Positions 18,757-29,652 of a DNA stretch of 64,000 bases are shown in pieces. The notes beneath the pieces were generated by a model. That model saw only the letters and a list, made by a program, of their open reading frames with translations, made no database searches and was not told the origin of the DNA. Each line of letters begins with the position of its first letter. The first letter of the stretch is position 1. Both the position numbers and the translations under genes were made by a program. The stretch covers positions 9,010 to 73,009 of the forward strand of contig JBKAGM010000004.1 in assembly GCA_046290385.1 (NCBI GenBank), in the 5' to 3' direction. The DNA comes from Gammaproteobacteria bacterium. Its GTDB lineage: Bacteria; Pseudomonadota; Gammaproteobacteria; JAGOUN01.

Positions 18757-19275
18757 ATGCCCACAGAAATTACGATTAGCCAATCCGTTGCCATACTCGT
18801 CGATGGAAACAACTTAGAACGCAGTATTCATGATGAATGTGGTGATGAAAGTGCCATGCTAAATTTCGACACACTCATTCCAAAATTGCTCGATAATCGA
18901 TCGCTCAATCGCCTAGTATATTTCCGTGAAGGAAAACACATTTCATCCAAACTTGCTGAGCGTCTACATCAAAATTATCACGGCTCCGTCAGGCCTTGTC
19001 ACAAAAGCGCGGATATTCCATTAACTATTAAAGCCATGCAACTGTCGAGCAAAGTAGACACCATCATCATCATGTCCGGTGATTCCGATTATATTGAATT
19101 AGTGCGGCACTTAAAATCTGAGGGCGTACGTGTCGAAATCGCAGCGGTTGCGGCAACAACTTCAAATCTTCTGCTTAAAGACGCGGATTTTTTTCACAAA
19201 ATCACTTCGGAAGATTGGTTTACGTTACAACCAAAACACAAAACAACTCGACGCAAACGTTCTAGTTCAAATTAA
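18757..19275 (+). CDS. NYN/LabA-like domain protein (predicted RNase-fold protein)
   Basis: ILVDGNNL...MSGDSDY...G motif pattern of NYN/DUF88 domains. Confidence 0.6.
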   Translation: MPTEITISQSVAILVDGNNLERSIHDECGDESAMLNFDTLIPKLLDNRSLNRLVYFREGKHISSKLAERLHQNYHGSVRPCHKSADIPLTIKAMQLSSKVDTIIIMSGDSDYIELVRHLKSEGVRVEIAAVAATTSNLLLKDADFFHKITSEDWFTLQPKHKTTRRKRSSSN

Positions 19276-19451
19276 CTCAATTGCCAATATTGCTAATGGA
19301 TGATCTATCCCAGAACTTTCATATCGCTTCTAATGTAGAAAGCAAAATTGTTTTTGCCACGTTGTTTAACAGATGTATTCAACTAACACTGTTTAAATTT
19401 GAGTCTTTATCTATTCTCGGGTATGATATGCGTTTACTGTGAGGATGGGTT

Positions 19452-20072
19452 ATGGCCACTATTACTAAAGAACTTGATAAAATCATTAAAAAACAACCGG
19501 TTAACCGCCCGAGTCGTGAAGAGGCAAAAGCGGCCGTAAGAACATTGCTTGCCTACGTCGGCGATGATCCTAATCGTGAAGGTCTACTGGATACTCCCAA
19601 ACGCGTAATCGACGCTTACAGTGAATTATTCAAGGGTTATGACGAAGACCCTGAAGCAATTTTAAGCCGCACATTCGAAGAAATTCATAATTACGACGAG
19701 ATGGTGCTGCTCAAAAATATGCGTCTAGAATCGCATTGTGAGCACCACATGCTGCCGATTATCGGCGTGGCTCATGTGGCCTACATGCCTAGAAAACGCA
19801 TTGTGGGTATTAGCAAATTGGCACGTCTGGTAGACACATTCTCAAAACGCTTACAAACTCAGGAAATTATGACAGCTCAAATCGCCGATACAATTCAAAG
19901 CGTGCTTGATCCTATCGGTGTAGCAGTCGTTATTGAGGCTGACCATCAATGCATGACGATGCGCGGCGTTCACAAACATGAAACAACGACGGTAACGAGT
20001 CGAATGCTAGGCTTGTTCCGAGAAAACGCTAAAACACGTATGGAATTTTTGACGCTTATTGGTAAGGGTTAA
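19452..20072 (+). CDS. folE: GTP cyclohydrolase I
   Basis: [18 protein letters not shown] catalytic region; 206 aa. Confidence 0.9.
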   Translation: MATITKELDKIIKKQPVNRPSREEAKAAVRTLLAYVGDDPNREGLLDTPKRVIDAYSELFKGYDEDPEAILSRTFEEIHNYDEMVLLKNMRLESHCEHHMLPIIGVAHVAYMPRKRIVGISKLARLVDTFSKRLQTQEIMTAQIADTIQSVLDPIGVAVVIEADHQCMTMRGVHKHETTTVTSRMLGLFRENAKTRMEFLTLIGKG

Positions 20073-20073
20073 A

Positions 20074-20484
20074 TTAGTTCTCTCTAAACTCTTTTTCCTT
20101 AATTTCCATAAACGTTTTGCTATCGACAGAAAAGCGCGCGGTCGGGCGTAGCAACAATCGTTCTATGCCGATCGGCTCACCTGTTTCCTCACAATAGCCA
20201 TAGTTTTCTTCACTAATTTGTTTCAAGGAATAACGTATTTTAGGAAGTAACTTCGTTTCACGTTCGATAATACGCAGTTTAATCATACGCTCTTCTTCAC
20301 GAGATGCTAAATCAACTTCATCAGCGGGTTCATTCGACAGCTCGCTCAATTCTTTGCGTACAACATCGATGTGTGCCATTGTTTCTTTTTCTAGCTCAAG
20401 CAATAGCGTCTTAAAGAACTCCAGTTGTTCTTTATTCATATATTTGCTCTTTGGCATTCTTTTTAATTTGGATATTGTTAACAT
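20074..20484 (-). CDS. DksA/TraR-family RNA-polymerase-binding regulator, cysteine-free variant
   Basis: Coiled-coil tip ADEVDLAS (DxxDxA) and a C-terminal ...IGIERLLLRPTARFSVDSK aligning to the DksA zinc ribbon, with the four Cys replaced. Confidence 0.65.
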   Translation of the reverse strand: MLTISKLKRMPKSKYMNKEQLEFFKTLLLELEKETMAHIDVVRKELSELSNEPADEVDLASREEERMIKLRIIERETKLLPKIRYSLKQISEENYGYCEETGEPIGIERLLLRPTARFSVDSKTFMEIKEKEFREN

Positions 20485-20660
20485 GACTAAACCCCTTTTG
20501 TAAGCCCCCTTTGCAGGGAATGCACTTTATCAATTCCCGGCATGCTATTCAATAGTATAGCACGTAATTTCTATTCGTATGGATCTTTTTAATACAAAAT
20601 GGGCTAGCCATTATCTTCTTGATTAATTTATAATAATGTGACGCAAAGGAGAAACCCACA

Positions 20661-21050
20661 ATGGAATATCTACATTATTTATTTTTAGGCCCCTGGCAAA
20701 GTATCGCATCAATACTTCTTATTATTATCGGCCTAATAGTCGTGACTCTTCCCTACCTCGTGCATCCAGTACATGGTTTTAAATTTAGAACATTATTTGG
20801 TTTAACATTGATTCTTGCTGGTGCTATCGGCATAGGCTGCGTTTTTATCTTGGGACATCAGGAAATTACACCAGAGCAGTATCATGTTTTAATTCAGGAA
20901 GCACGAACATCAGATGCCGCAAAAAAATTAATCGCATCACACGTAGAAAAACAACAAAAAATACGTCAACTTGATTTTTTTCTTCTACAAAAAAAATTAG
21001 CCAAGCAACGACATCAACAACTGATTAAAGAATTAAAGGATTCTGAATAA
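20661..21050 (+). CDS. hypothetical small membrane protein
   Basis: Two predicted TM helices then a charged coiled tail. Sits immediately upstream of the RND operon. Confidence 0.4.
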   Translation: MEYLHYLFLGPWQSIASILLIIIGLIVVTLPYLVHPVHGFKFRTLFGLTLILAGAIGIGCVFILGHQEITPEQYHVLIQEARTSDAAKKLIASHVEKQQKIRQLDFFLLQKKLAKQRHQQLIKELKDSE

Positions 21051-21060
21051 GGATATTAGC

Positions 21061-22311
21061 ATGTTAAGGCACACTCAAAAACGCAATGCGTTTATTATCC
21101 TCCTCATTGCTACTCTTCTTATAATATCGATACTCTTTATCACAAGTCCCTCGCAAAAAACACCAAAAGTGACTGAAAAAAGTTGGCGCGTTTCTGCTTA
21201 TACAATCAAACAAAATAGTTATCAACCTTCTGTGATGTTGTATGGCGAAATAACCTCACCTTATCATACCACTATCGAAGCAGCTATTACTGCTGATGTT
21301 AAAGCAACACCTGTACTGGATGGTGATCGAGTCAAGCATAATGAAGTGCTTGTCAAGCTTGATGATCGCGAAGCAAAAATTGTTTATCAACGCAATGCAT
21401 CTATTGCCAAGCAAATTGAAAATGAAATCAATATCGAAATTCAACAATATGAATCTGATAAAAATATTTACGAACATGAAGAGGAACTATTTGAAATTAA
21501 CAAACGTGATTTAGAACGTCTGAAAAAGCTCGGTCAAAAAAATTATGCCTCAAAATCAGAAATCGACAACAAAACAATTGAATTAAAGAAAAATGCGATT
21601 GACTTGAGGAAATTTGAATTTTCTGTTCAAAAACATGAGCACCAAATTGCGTTACTCAGGGCGAAGCTATCCGAAGCAAAAGCGAATTTGGATCAATCAG
21701 AATTAGACTTAAGTCGAACTGAAATACGCGCGCCTTTTGATGGGATTATCACAAAATTGCATGTGGCTGTAGGCAACCGCGTCAATATTGGCGAGCCTAT
21801 CATTACACTCTACGATCCAGCTAAAATCGAAATTAGCGCAGAAATCCCTGAAAAATACGTTAGTATTATCACTTCTGCTTTTGAGAAAAAGCAAAAAATT
21901 GTGGCAGAACTTGTCAAAGACAACTACCCCATGAAATTCAATTTAAATCGACTATCTAGCCAAGTAATCGAAGGACATAGTGGGTTAAATGCTTTCTTTA
22001 AACCCTTTGACAATACTTATGTTTTACCGTTTGGACTTAACGTTAAATTTACCATGTATCTCCCAGTACAAAGAAAAACTTATTTAATCCCTTTTGCTTC
22101 TTTATATGGGAAAAACACTATATACAAAATCGTTGATAATCACCTAGAACGAATTCCGGTAGAAAATTTCGGCAACTATACCGATAAAAATCAAAAAACA
22201 TTTATTATCATCAAAAGCGATCACTTAAAAACCGGGGATGAAATACTGTCAACTCATTTGCCAAATGCTATCCATGGATTATCAGTAACTATCGTAAAGG
22301 ATACAAATTGA
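21061..22311 (+). CDS. RND efflux periplasmic adaptor (HlyD/membrane fusion protein family)
   Basis: N-terminal TM anchor, long coiled-coil hairpin, beta-barrel C-terminus. Abuts the RND pump gene. Confidence 0.7.
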   Translation: MLRHTQKRNAFIILLIATLLIISILFITSPSQKTPKVTEKSWRVSAYTIKQNSYQPSVMLYGEITSPYHTTIEAAITADVKATPVLDGDRVKHNEVLVKLDDREAKIVYQRNASIAKQIENEINIEIQQYESDKNIYEHEEELFEINKRDLERLKKLGQKNYASKSEIDNKTIELKKNAIDLRKFEFSVQKHEHQIALLRAKLSEAKANLDQSELDLSRTEIRAPFDGIITKLHVAVGNRVNIGEPIITLYDPAKIEISAEIPEKYVSIITSAFEKKQKIVAELVKDNYPMKFNLNRLSSQVIEGHSGLNAFFKPFDNTYVLPFGLNVKFTMYLPVQRKTYLIPFASLYGKNTIYKIVDNHLERIPVENFGNYTDKNQKTFIIIKSDHLKTGDEILSTHLPNAIHGLSVTIVKDTN

Positions 22312-22312
22312 C

Positions 22313-25300
22313 GTGCATAAAAGTTTTATTCACTACTTTGTCAAACACCGTATTGTAGCAGATCTTTTAATGTTAATAATGGTACTAGGTGGTGTTTATT
22401 CTCTTAACGTTATTGATGTTAAATTTTTTCCTAGAATACAGCCCAAAATTATTAATATCACTATCAAATGGCCTGGATCAACTTCAGAAGATGTTGAAGA
22501 ACTGGTTACTACGCCAATTGAATCTAAACTTAAACAGCTCAATGATGTAAAACGCATTAAATCTACTTCCTCTGATGGCTACTCTCGAATTAGTATCAAT
22601 TTTAAATATGAAGCAGATATGTCAGAAGCTTTTGAACAAGTACGACAAGATATTAATCTTGTGAGAAATCTGCCAGCAGGTACAGAAAAACCTATTATCG
22701 AACGTATACATGCAAATGAGATGCTGTGTAAAATTATCGTTTGGTCAACAGAGGGAATTGAAGTCTTACGGCCATATGTAAAAAAGATAGAGGGTGATTT
22801 ATTACAATATGGAATCCCTAAAATTAAAATTTTTGGACTACCACGGAGAGAGCTGAATGTAGAAATTCCCAGCAAAACTTTGTTTTCTGAAGAACTCTCA
22901 CTCGCGGACATTGCGAACTTGTTAAAAAACAAAAGCTTTAATCAACCTATCGGCACATTGGGTGAAAATACTTTTGGGAAATCCTTAAGAATATATAACC
23001 AAAGTAAAGAAATAAAAACTTTAGCTGATATTCCTCTTATACACAACAAAAAAGCCCGTGTCGTTACTTTAGGAAATATTGCCTCTATTACCATGGGCTA
23101 TGCACCTAACGAAACACTCGTCTATTACAATACTCAACCTGCTGTAGAGCTAGAGCTTCTTGAAACAAAAACAGCAAATACATTCGAATCAGCTAAAAAA
23201 CTTCAAAGCTGGATTGAAAAAGAAGCCAAACAGTTTCCATCAACAATAAACATCAAAATATATAGCGAATTTTGGAAGTTTATTCAAGAACGTGTAAATC
23301 TATTAGTGAAAAACGGGTTGATAGGTATCATTCTCATTGCTGCCACATTAATCTTAATTCTTAACTGGCGAGCCACTATTTGGGTTGTTATAGGCATTCC
23401 TGTTGCTGTGCTTGCTTCATTTATTGCTCTATACCTTCTGGGTGGTACCATTGATATGGTGAGTCTCTTCGCCGTTGTTATGATGTTAGGAATTATTGTT
23501 GACGATAACGTGGTAGTTGCTGAGGAAATTGTTTCACTAGTAGAATCTGGTAAGCCTCCTGAATTTGCAGCAACCTATGGTGCCAAGCGTATGTTTACAC
23601 CAGTACTAGTTTCTTCGATCACAACTATTGCTGCATTTTGTCCATTATTGCTTTTAAAAACGGATTTAGGTGATACGTTAATTGAAATTCCACAAATGGC
23701 TGTTTGTATCGTCATTGCATCATTGATAGAGTGTTTTTTAGTCATGCCCGCTCATATTCATCATGCACTAAAAGGTAAAAAGCATAGCCGTCCATTGTTA
23801 GAAAAGCAATTTAATTATTTTGTTAAAGAAAAATTCGCTCCTTTGATCAAAGTGGCAATGCATTATCGTGAAGTTGTATTAGCAAGTGCAATCGCTATAT
23901 TTATTATCAGTCTCTCTTTAATATATACAAATCACGTTAAATTTGTTTTTTTTCCTTCTCCAGAAAGCCAATTACTTGTTGGTGAAGCCGCTTTTATTTC
24001 TGGCATATCAGACGCCGAAAAAATTTCCTTCATACACATGCTAAATCATTCTTTAAAAGAAACAGAAAAATATTTTTCAAAAGAAAAAAAATTAGTTGTA
24101 GCGAACGTTAATTATCTTAATCAATCAGGATATAACTTTATTACTCGAAACTTTAGCGACAATCTCGTTGGTTTCAACGTCGAATTAATCTCCTCGAATG
24201 AGCGCGAGGTAAGAAATTCTGAATTTATTAATGCTTGGAAAAAAAGAATCAAACTCCCAGCAGGCATTAGAAAATTTTCTATTACTGAAGAACGTACTAG
24301 TACTCCTGGAGAAGATATTGATATTCGTGTTTACGGTGACCAGCTAAACCAACTAAAAAAAATAGCGGAACATATTAAAAATTACCTCTCGAATATTGAT
24401 GGCGTTACTGATATTAAAGATAATTTGCCTTATAGTGGAGAACAGTTAATTTTTACCCTTACAGAAAAATCACACGCCCTTAATCTAACACTACGTGATA
24501 TTGGCGATCAAATTCTTCATGCATTTACTGGCTTTTTAACTCAAATTCACTATGATAATGACGATGAGGTTGAAGTGCGTGTGCGACTACCCGAGTCAGA
24601 ACGTAATAACTATAACTTATTGAATTATTATCCAATCAAAACTCCAACAGGAAAAACGTTACCACTTCAAGATCTAGTTAATATCAGACATACTCATGGA
24701 TATGATAATGTCCCTCATACCAGTGGAAAGCGTGCAGTTAACATCACAGCCTATGTGAACTACGATATTAACAACCCAAACTTAATTATTAAACAATTAA
24801 AATTAGACATACTAGATCGTTTATCTAGCGCAGGAATAAAATATGAAATTGCTGGCAAGCATGAAGAACAGGGTGAGATGTTCGCAGAAATGAAGCTTGG
24901 CTCAATACTCGCAATATTGATTATTTACATTGCTCTAGCATGGGTTTTTCATTCCTATATCTGGCCATTAGTTGTCTTAGCAATAGTGCCCATTGCTCTT
25001 TCTGGCGCTATTTTTGGTCATTTTATTATGGGCATGAACCTCAGCACGGTCTCTATTTTTGGATTCTTTGGTTTAGCAGGTATTATTATTAATGACAGCA
25101 TCATTCTTCTTAAACGCTTTCAAGAACTGTTACCAGAATACCACCACCATGCACAAGAAGCTATTTTACAAGCAGCTTGTCAACGTATTAGACCTATTTT
25201 AATTACAACTATCACCACTGTCATTGGTTTGATGCCTATGTTGTTTGAGCAGTCGACACAAACAAAATTTATAGTCCCTATGGCAGTTTCTATTAGTTTC

Positions 25301-25411
25301 GGCTTATTATTAGGCTCTGTTTTCTTGTTGATATTATTACCTTGTTTAATAAGTTATGTTGAGTCTATCAAATTGAAAATAAATACTGTAAGTATATTTA
25401 AGGGAGAGTAA
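22313..25411 (+). CDS. RND superfamily efflux transporter permease (AcrB-like)
   Basis: 1032 aa, 12 TM with two large periplasmic loops. Conserved AcrB-family TM4 region (GLIVDDNVVV). Confidence 0.85.
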   Translation: MHKSFIHYFVKHRIVADLLMLIMVLGGVYSLNVIDVKFFPRIQPKIINITIKWPGSTSEDVEELVTTPIESKLKQLNDVKRIKSTSSDGYSRISINFKYEADMSEAFEQVRQDINLVRNLPAGTEKPIIERIHANEMLCKIIVWSTEGIEVLRPYVKKIEGDLLQYGIPKIKIFGLPRRELNVEIPSKTLFSEELSLADIANLLKNKSFNQPIGTLGENTFGKSLRIYNQSKEIKTLADIPLIHNKKARVVTLGNIASITMGYAPNETLVYYNTQPAVELELLETKTANTFESAKKLQSWIEKEAKQFPSTINIKIYSEFWKFIQERVNLLVKNGLIGIILIAATLILILNWRATIWVVIGIPVAVLASFIALYLLGGTIDMVSLFAVVMMLGIIVDDNVVVAEEIVSLVESGKPPEFAATYGAKRMFTPVLVSSITTIAAFCPLLLLKTDLGDTLIEIPQMAVCIVIASLIECFLVMPAHIHHALKGKKHSRPLLEKQFNYFVKEKFAPLIKVAMHYREVVLASAIAIFIISLSLIYTNHVKFVFFPSPESQLLVGEAAFISGISDAEKISFIHMLNHSLKETEKYFSKEKKLVVANVNYLNQSGYNFITRNFSDNLVGFNVELISSNEREVRNSEFINAWKKRIKLPAGIRKFSITEERTSTPGEDIDIRVYGDQLNQLKKIAEHIKNYLSNIDGVTDIKDNLPYSGEQLIFTLTEKSHALNLTLRDIGDQILHAFTGFLTQIHYDNDDEVEVRVRLPESERNNYNLLNYYPIKTPTGKTLPLQDLVNIRHTHGYDNVPHTSGKRAVNITAYVNYDINNPNLIIKQLKLDILDRLSSAGIKYEIAGKHEEQGEMFAEMKLGSILAILIIYIALAWVFHSYIWPLVVLAIVPIALSGAIFGHFIMGMNLSTVSIFGFFGLAGIIINDSIILLKRFQELLPEYHHHAQEAILQAACQRIRPILITTITTVIGLMPMLFEQSTQTKFIVPMAVSISFGLLLGSVFLLILLPCLISYVESIKLKINTVSIFKGE

Positions 25412-25414
25412 AAT

Positions 25415-26119
25415 ATGCAACTTGATATTGATGATGTGCATGTATGGCATATTGAAAAAAAGCGTCACTTAGACGAAGTTGATTCTTTAAAAACACTTTT
25501 ATCTTCTGATGAAATAGAACGTGCTCAACGTTTTAAATTTGAACGCGATCAAACAGGCTTCATAATATTCCGTGGATATTTGCGAAAAATTCTTGCCCAT
25601 TACGAGAAATGCTATCCTGATCAATTGCGTTTTAAGTACAACACTCACGGAAAACCTATTATCGCAAACCCAAACGTTACAATTGAGTTTAACATATCAC
25701 ATACTAAAGAGCATGCTCTTCTAGCTGTAGCTTTGCATGCGCCTATAGGAATTGACATTGAAAAAATGGAAGATAAACATAATTACTATGGTATTGCAAA
25801 ACGCTTTTTTTCAGAAGAGGAGTATGATTATATTGTTGCGCAAAAAGAAAATGCTCTCCATTGCTTTTATCGTTATTGGACTTGCAAAGAAGCTTTTGTC
25901 AAAGCGCTTGGCGAAGGCATACATTATGGTTTAAATCGTTTCGCAATTGAGTTTGTTGACCATCAGGCTGCTAATTTGGTAAAAACTGATGACGACACAA
26001 TAGACATGGACCATTGGTTATTAATGACTTTAGAGGCTATTCCTGACCATGTCGCAAGCATTGCTTTAAGCCGACGTTTATTAAATATTAAATATTTTGG
26101 TGTCGATGACCTAAGCTAG
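25415..26119 (+). CDS. 4'-phosphopantetheinyl transferase (Sfp/EntD type)
   Basis: FNISHT...IGIDIE...W..KEA motifs of PPTases. Starts 3 nt after the RND permease stop. Confidence 0.75.
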   Translation: MQLDIDDVHVWHIEKKRHLDEVDSLKTLLSSDEIERAQRFKFERDQTGFIIFRGYLRKILAHYEKCYPDQLRFKYNTHGKPIIANPNVTIEFNISHTKEHALLAVALHAPIGIDIEKMEDKHNYYGIAKRFFSEEEYDYIVAQKENALHCFYRYWTCKEAFVKALGEGIHYGLNRFAIEFVDHQAANLVKTDDDTIDMDHWLLMTLEAIPDHVASIALSRRLLNIKYFGVDDLS

Positions 26120-26307
26120 CTGTAAAAGCAACTATTGCAATCTAAAATCTACGTCGCGCGTTTTACACGCGGGACCTATAAAAATTAATAACCTAGACCA
26201 ATTGATTTTTAGCAAAAACCCCGCTCGTAACACTCCCTAAAAGTGCCAATAAAAAAGCACTCATTTATCTTGCGGGATTTATATTTGGAGAACACTCAAA
26301 GAAACTA

Positions 26308-26327
26308 CCCCGCGGACGAACCGCGGG
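26308..26327. terminator. GC-rich hairpin between convergent PPTase and fis genes
   Basis: ccccgcgg-acgaa-ccgcggg perfect 7-8 bp stem. Confidence 0.35.
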
Positions 26328-26375
26328 ATAACAAACCCGATTGGATGGGGAATTAGAATTGTTTAACGACACATT

Positions 26376-26639
26376 TTAAAGCATGCCGTATTTTTTCATT
26401 TTCTTACGTAACGTACCGCGAGAAATACCAAGTAATTTAGCTGCGCGCACTTGGTTGTTACGCACAAATCGTAACACGCGACGTAACATTGGTTCTTCGA
26501 CTTCATCTAACACCAATTCATAGATATTCGCCGTCTCAGGGTTGCCTAAAATTTTTAAATATTGATCGACAGACTGTTCGACGCTTTCCATGAGATTGGA
26601 TGTTGCTTGCTGTTTTTCTTGCGTTTGAACATTTTCCAT
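26376..26639 (-). CDS. fis: DNA-binding protein Fis
   Basis: C-terminal HTH ...NQVRAAKLLGISRGTLRKKMKKYGM matches Fis. The ORF call 26376..26678 starts upstream; the start is taken at the internal Met at 26639. Confidence 0.8.
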   Translation of the reverse strand: MENVQTQEKQQATSNLMESVEQSVDQYLKILGNPETANIYELVLDEVEEPMLRRVLRFVRNNQVRAAKLLGISRGTLRKKMKKYGML

Positions 26640-26870
26640 TGTGAGTATTACTCCTTCTGTTGAATTAAAGTTCCTCATTCCTAACTAACATTAAGCCAGC
26701 CTGTAAGGAATCATCGCTAAGTTTCTTCTTCTCAGCATTGTCTTAATATCGAGCAACATTAGTCACAATACTGATACCGAGGTTATATTATTCACAAATT
26801 TCGACAAAAGTAAATGCATCAAGTACATTTTTTGGAAAAATAAATTCCTTGTTATCTAAATACATTTATG

Positions 26871-27476
26871 TTACGCCTGCTGAATTGGCGTGATTGTCAT
26901 CGATTTTAACCGCCCTTTTACAGCCTCATCCACCACAGATGAATTTTTGAGTATTTGAATACACTCTGATAAAGTAAACAATGAAATCACCTGCATATCA
27001 TGTTTTTCTAAATTTTCTTTACCACCCTGCTGACGATCTACAATAACACAAACATGCTTGACGACTAAGCCTTCCTCTTCCAAATATGACTTAGTTGTTA
27101 ACACACTACCTCCTGTAGTAATTACATCTTCAATAATGAGACATACATCGTTTTTACTAAAATGGCCTTCTATGCGTTTTTTAGTCCCATAATCTTTGAC
27201 TTCTTTGCGCTGCACCAACATAGGAATATCATATTGCAAAGAAATCCCTGTAGCTATCGGTAATGCGGTATAAGGCACGCCACAAATGACATCGCATTTC
27301 CCACCTTCAATTTTTTTCCATAAAAGTTCCACGATAGTTTTCAAAATATTTGGATGTGAAACAATACCTCGTAGGTCCATATATATAGGTGAAATTTCTC
27401 CGCTTTTTAATTTAAACTCTCCCAATTTAATCGCACTAATTTTATAAAGTTCCTCAACCAATTCATGAATTGTCAT
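26871..27476 (-). CDS. pyrE: orotate phosphoribosyltransferase
   Basis: PRPP-binding motif VCLIIEDVITTGGS; 201 aa. Confidence 0.85.
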   Translation of the reverse strand: MTIHELVEELYKISAIKLGEFKLKSGEISPIYMDLRGIVSHPNILKTIVELLWKKIEGGKCDVICGVPYTALPIATGISLQYDIPMLVQRKEVKDYGTKKRIEGHFSKNDVCLIIEDVITTGGSVLTTKSYLEEEGLVVKHVCVIVDRQQGGKENLEKHDMQVISLFTLSECIQILKNSSVVDEAVKGRLKSMTITPIQQA

Positions 27477-28699
27477 TATAATTTCTCCAAATCAAAAAGC
27501 TGTTCTTTTAAAAATGTGTATTTTGGCTTTCCTGTGAAAGTTTGGCCAACAAATGGCGACCAACCACACTTTGTCTGCAAGCTATCTTCAGAAAGTGTGT
27601 ATTTTTCATTTAGGTCGACAAGCACAAAATCGTTTTCCTCTTCAAGCCCAAACATGTTTCTAGCATTAAGTGAAGTTAATTTTACAATGTCCTCTAAAGA
27701 TAATAGTCCTTCATGACATGCTGTGAGCAACAATGGTAAAGTTGTCTCAATGCCTGGCACACCTGAAGGCGATTTCCCATAGGGTTGATCCTTTTCTTGA
27801 GGCGTGTGTGGCGCATGATCGGATCCCATAGTATCGATAACCCCTTTTTTTATAGCTTCGAAAAGCGCCTTATGATTGATTTTATCGCGCAGTGGGGGAT
27901 TCATTTGAGCGCGACCATGCAGTCGTTCATAGTCATCAATACTTAAAAACAAATGATGTGGGGTAGTTTCAGCGTAAACACGGACACCTCGACTTTTGGC
28001 GGCCTCTATTAAGTTGAGTTCCTCAATACAACTTACGTGTAAAATATATACGGCGGTATCGTACATTTCTGATAGGAAAATAGCTTTTTCGACCGCCTTG
28101 GCTGCCACCTCTGGGGTTCTTATACAAGAGTGAACAGCATGGTTCGTTTCATTCTTATATTGCCGAGCACGCTCTTGAATCATCTCTTCATCTTCAGCGT
28201 GTACCGCCACTAATAAATTATGTGAGTGCGCCAATGAAAAGATAGCATGCAAACTACTATCATCATCCATCATCAAATCACCAGTGCTCGATCCCATAAA
28301 GACTTTAATACCAACAACTTCATTACTGATTCTATGAATCTGTTCAAAATGATTTTTGTCTGCACCGAAATATAATTGATATCGTAGAGGAACGCCTGTT
28401 TCTTTTAATTGATTATCGATCAATGTTTTCTTTTCTATCAATCGCTCTTTTGTCACACACGGAGGAAATGTATTAGGCATATCGAAAACCGTGGTATACC
28501 CTCCTTTTATTGCAGCTCGCGCAGCACATTTCCAGTCTTCTTTATACTCATGTCCCGGCGTCCTAAAATGTACATGTGGATCAATTAACCCTGGCAGCAA
28601 CGTTAACTTCGTTGCATCGACTGTAATATTTTGAGAACTAGGTAATTCCATATTCGTACGTGATCCATCAAGTAAAGCAACATTTTCTATAGTAATCAT
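27476..28699 (-). CDS. pyrC: dihydroorotase (long, active type)
   Basis: DPHVHFRTPG metal-binding motif plus downstream His/Asp ligands; 407 aa. Confidence 0.85.
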   Translation of the reverse strand: MITIENVALLDGSRTNMELPSSQNITVDATKLTLLPGLIDPHVHFRTPGHEYKEDWKCAARAAIKGGYTTVFDMPNTFPPCVTKERLIEKKTLIDNQLKETGVPLRYQLYFGADKNHFEQIHRISNEVVGIKVFMGSSTGDLMMDDDSSLHAIFSLAHSHNLLVAVHAEDEEMIQERARQYKNETNHAVHSCIRTPEVAAKAVEKAIFLSEMYDTAVYILHVSCIEELNLIEAAKSRGVRVYAETTPHHLFLSIDDYERLHGRAQMNPPLRDKINHKALFEAIKKGVIDTMGSDHAPHTPQEKDQPYGKSPSGVPGIETTLPLLLTACHEGLLSLEDIVKLTSLNARNMFGLEEENDFVLVDLNEKYTLSEDSLQTKCGWSPFVGQTFTGKPKYTFLKEQLFDLEKL

Positions 28700-29652
28700 T
28701 CTGGCACCTTGACTGTTTCATTCAACAACAATGCTAATATCGCCTGGCGGACATACAAACCATTAGCTGCTTGTTGAAAATAATACGCATGTTTTGTTTC
28801 GTCAATGACCGTATCTATTTCGTCAACACGTGGCAATGGATGCATAATTTTAAGCTCTGGTTTAGCTCGTGCTAAATCATTTAATGTTAGTCTATAAGGA
28901 GCCTGCGAGTAACTTTCAGTCATACGCTCTCTTTGCAAGCGCGTCATATATAAAATATCTGCTACTTCAATTACCTCATCAAGTGACTTATGAAGGCTAT
29001 ATTCGATTTTTTTCTGCTGAAGAAATGCTAACAGCGACTCAGGTAATGCCAATGAATCATCTGAAACAAAATATAATCTCGCTCTCAATATACGTAATGC
29101 ATGCACTAATGAGTGTACCGTTCGACCGTAACGCAGATCACCCATAAAAACGATATTAATATTATCGCTGTCAGCATAACATTCACGAATCGTGAATAAA
29201 TCTAACAAGGCCTGTGTTGGGTGCTGATTGGCGCCGTCTCCAGCATTGACCACAGGAATATTCACAGCCTCTGAAACATTTTTTGCCGATCCTTCCTCAG
29301 GGTGCCTTAGTACAATTAAATCTGCGTAACCCTCTATAACTCTCATAGCATCTACAAGGCTTTCACCTTTTTTATGCGATACGGTATTTGCATCAGAAAA
29401 ACCAATAACCTTTGCGCCTAGACGAAGCGCTGCGGATTCAAACGATAGTCGTGTGCGCGTGGATGGTTCGTAGAAGCAATTCGCTGTGATTTTATTTTTT
29501 AATAACTCTGGTGCCGATTCTTGCTTAAACTGTTTTGCTAACTGAATAATTCGGCAAATTTCTTGATCAGATAAGTCGTTTATAGAAATCAAATGGCGTC
29601 GATAAAGTGTATTACTACCTGTTATTTTCAAGCCATTTGTTCGAGTTGCCAT
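28696..29652 (-). CDS. pyrB: aspartate carbamoyltransferase catalytic subunit
   Basis: STRTR carbamoyl-phosphate-binding motif, HPTQ, and LRYGRTVHS. No pyrI follows. Confidence 0.9.
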   Translation of the reverse strand: MATRTNGLKITGSNTLYRRHLISINDLSDQEICRIIQLAKQFKQESAPELLKNKITANCFYEPSTRTRLSFESAALRLGAKVIGFSDANTVSHKKGESLVDAMRVIEGYADLIVLRHPEEGSAKNVSEAVNIPVVNAGDGANQHPTQALLDLFTIRECYADSDNINIVFMGDLRYGRTVHSLVHALRILRARLYFVSDDSLALPESLLAFLQQKKIEYSLHKSLDEVIEVADILYMTRLQRERMTESYSQAPYRLTLNDLARAKPELKIMHPLPRVDEIDTVIDETKHAYYFQQAANGLYVRQAILALLLNETVKVPE

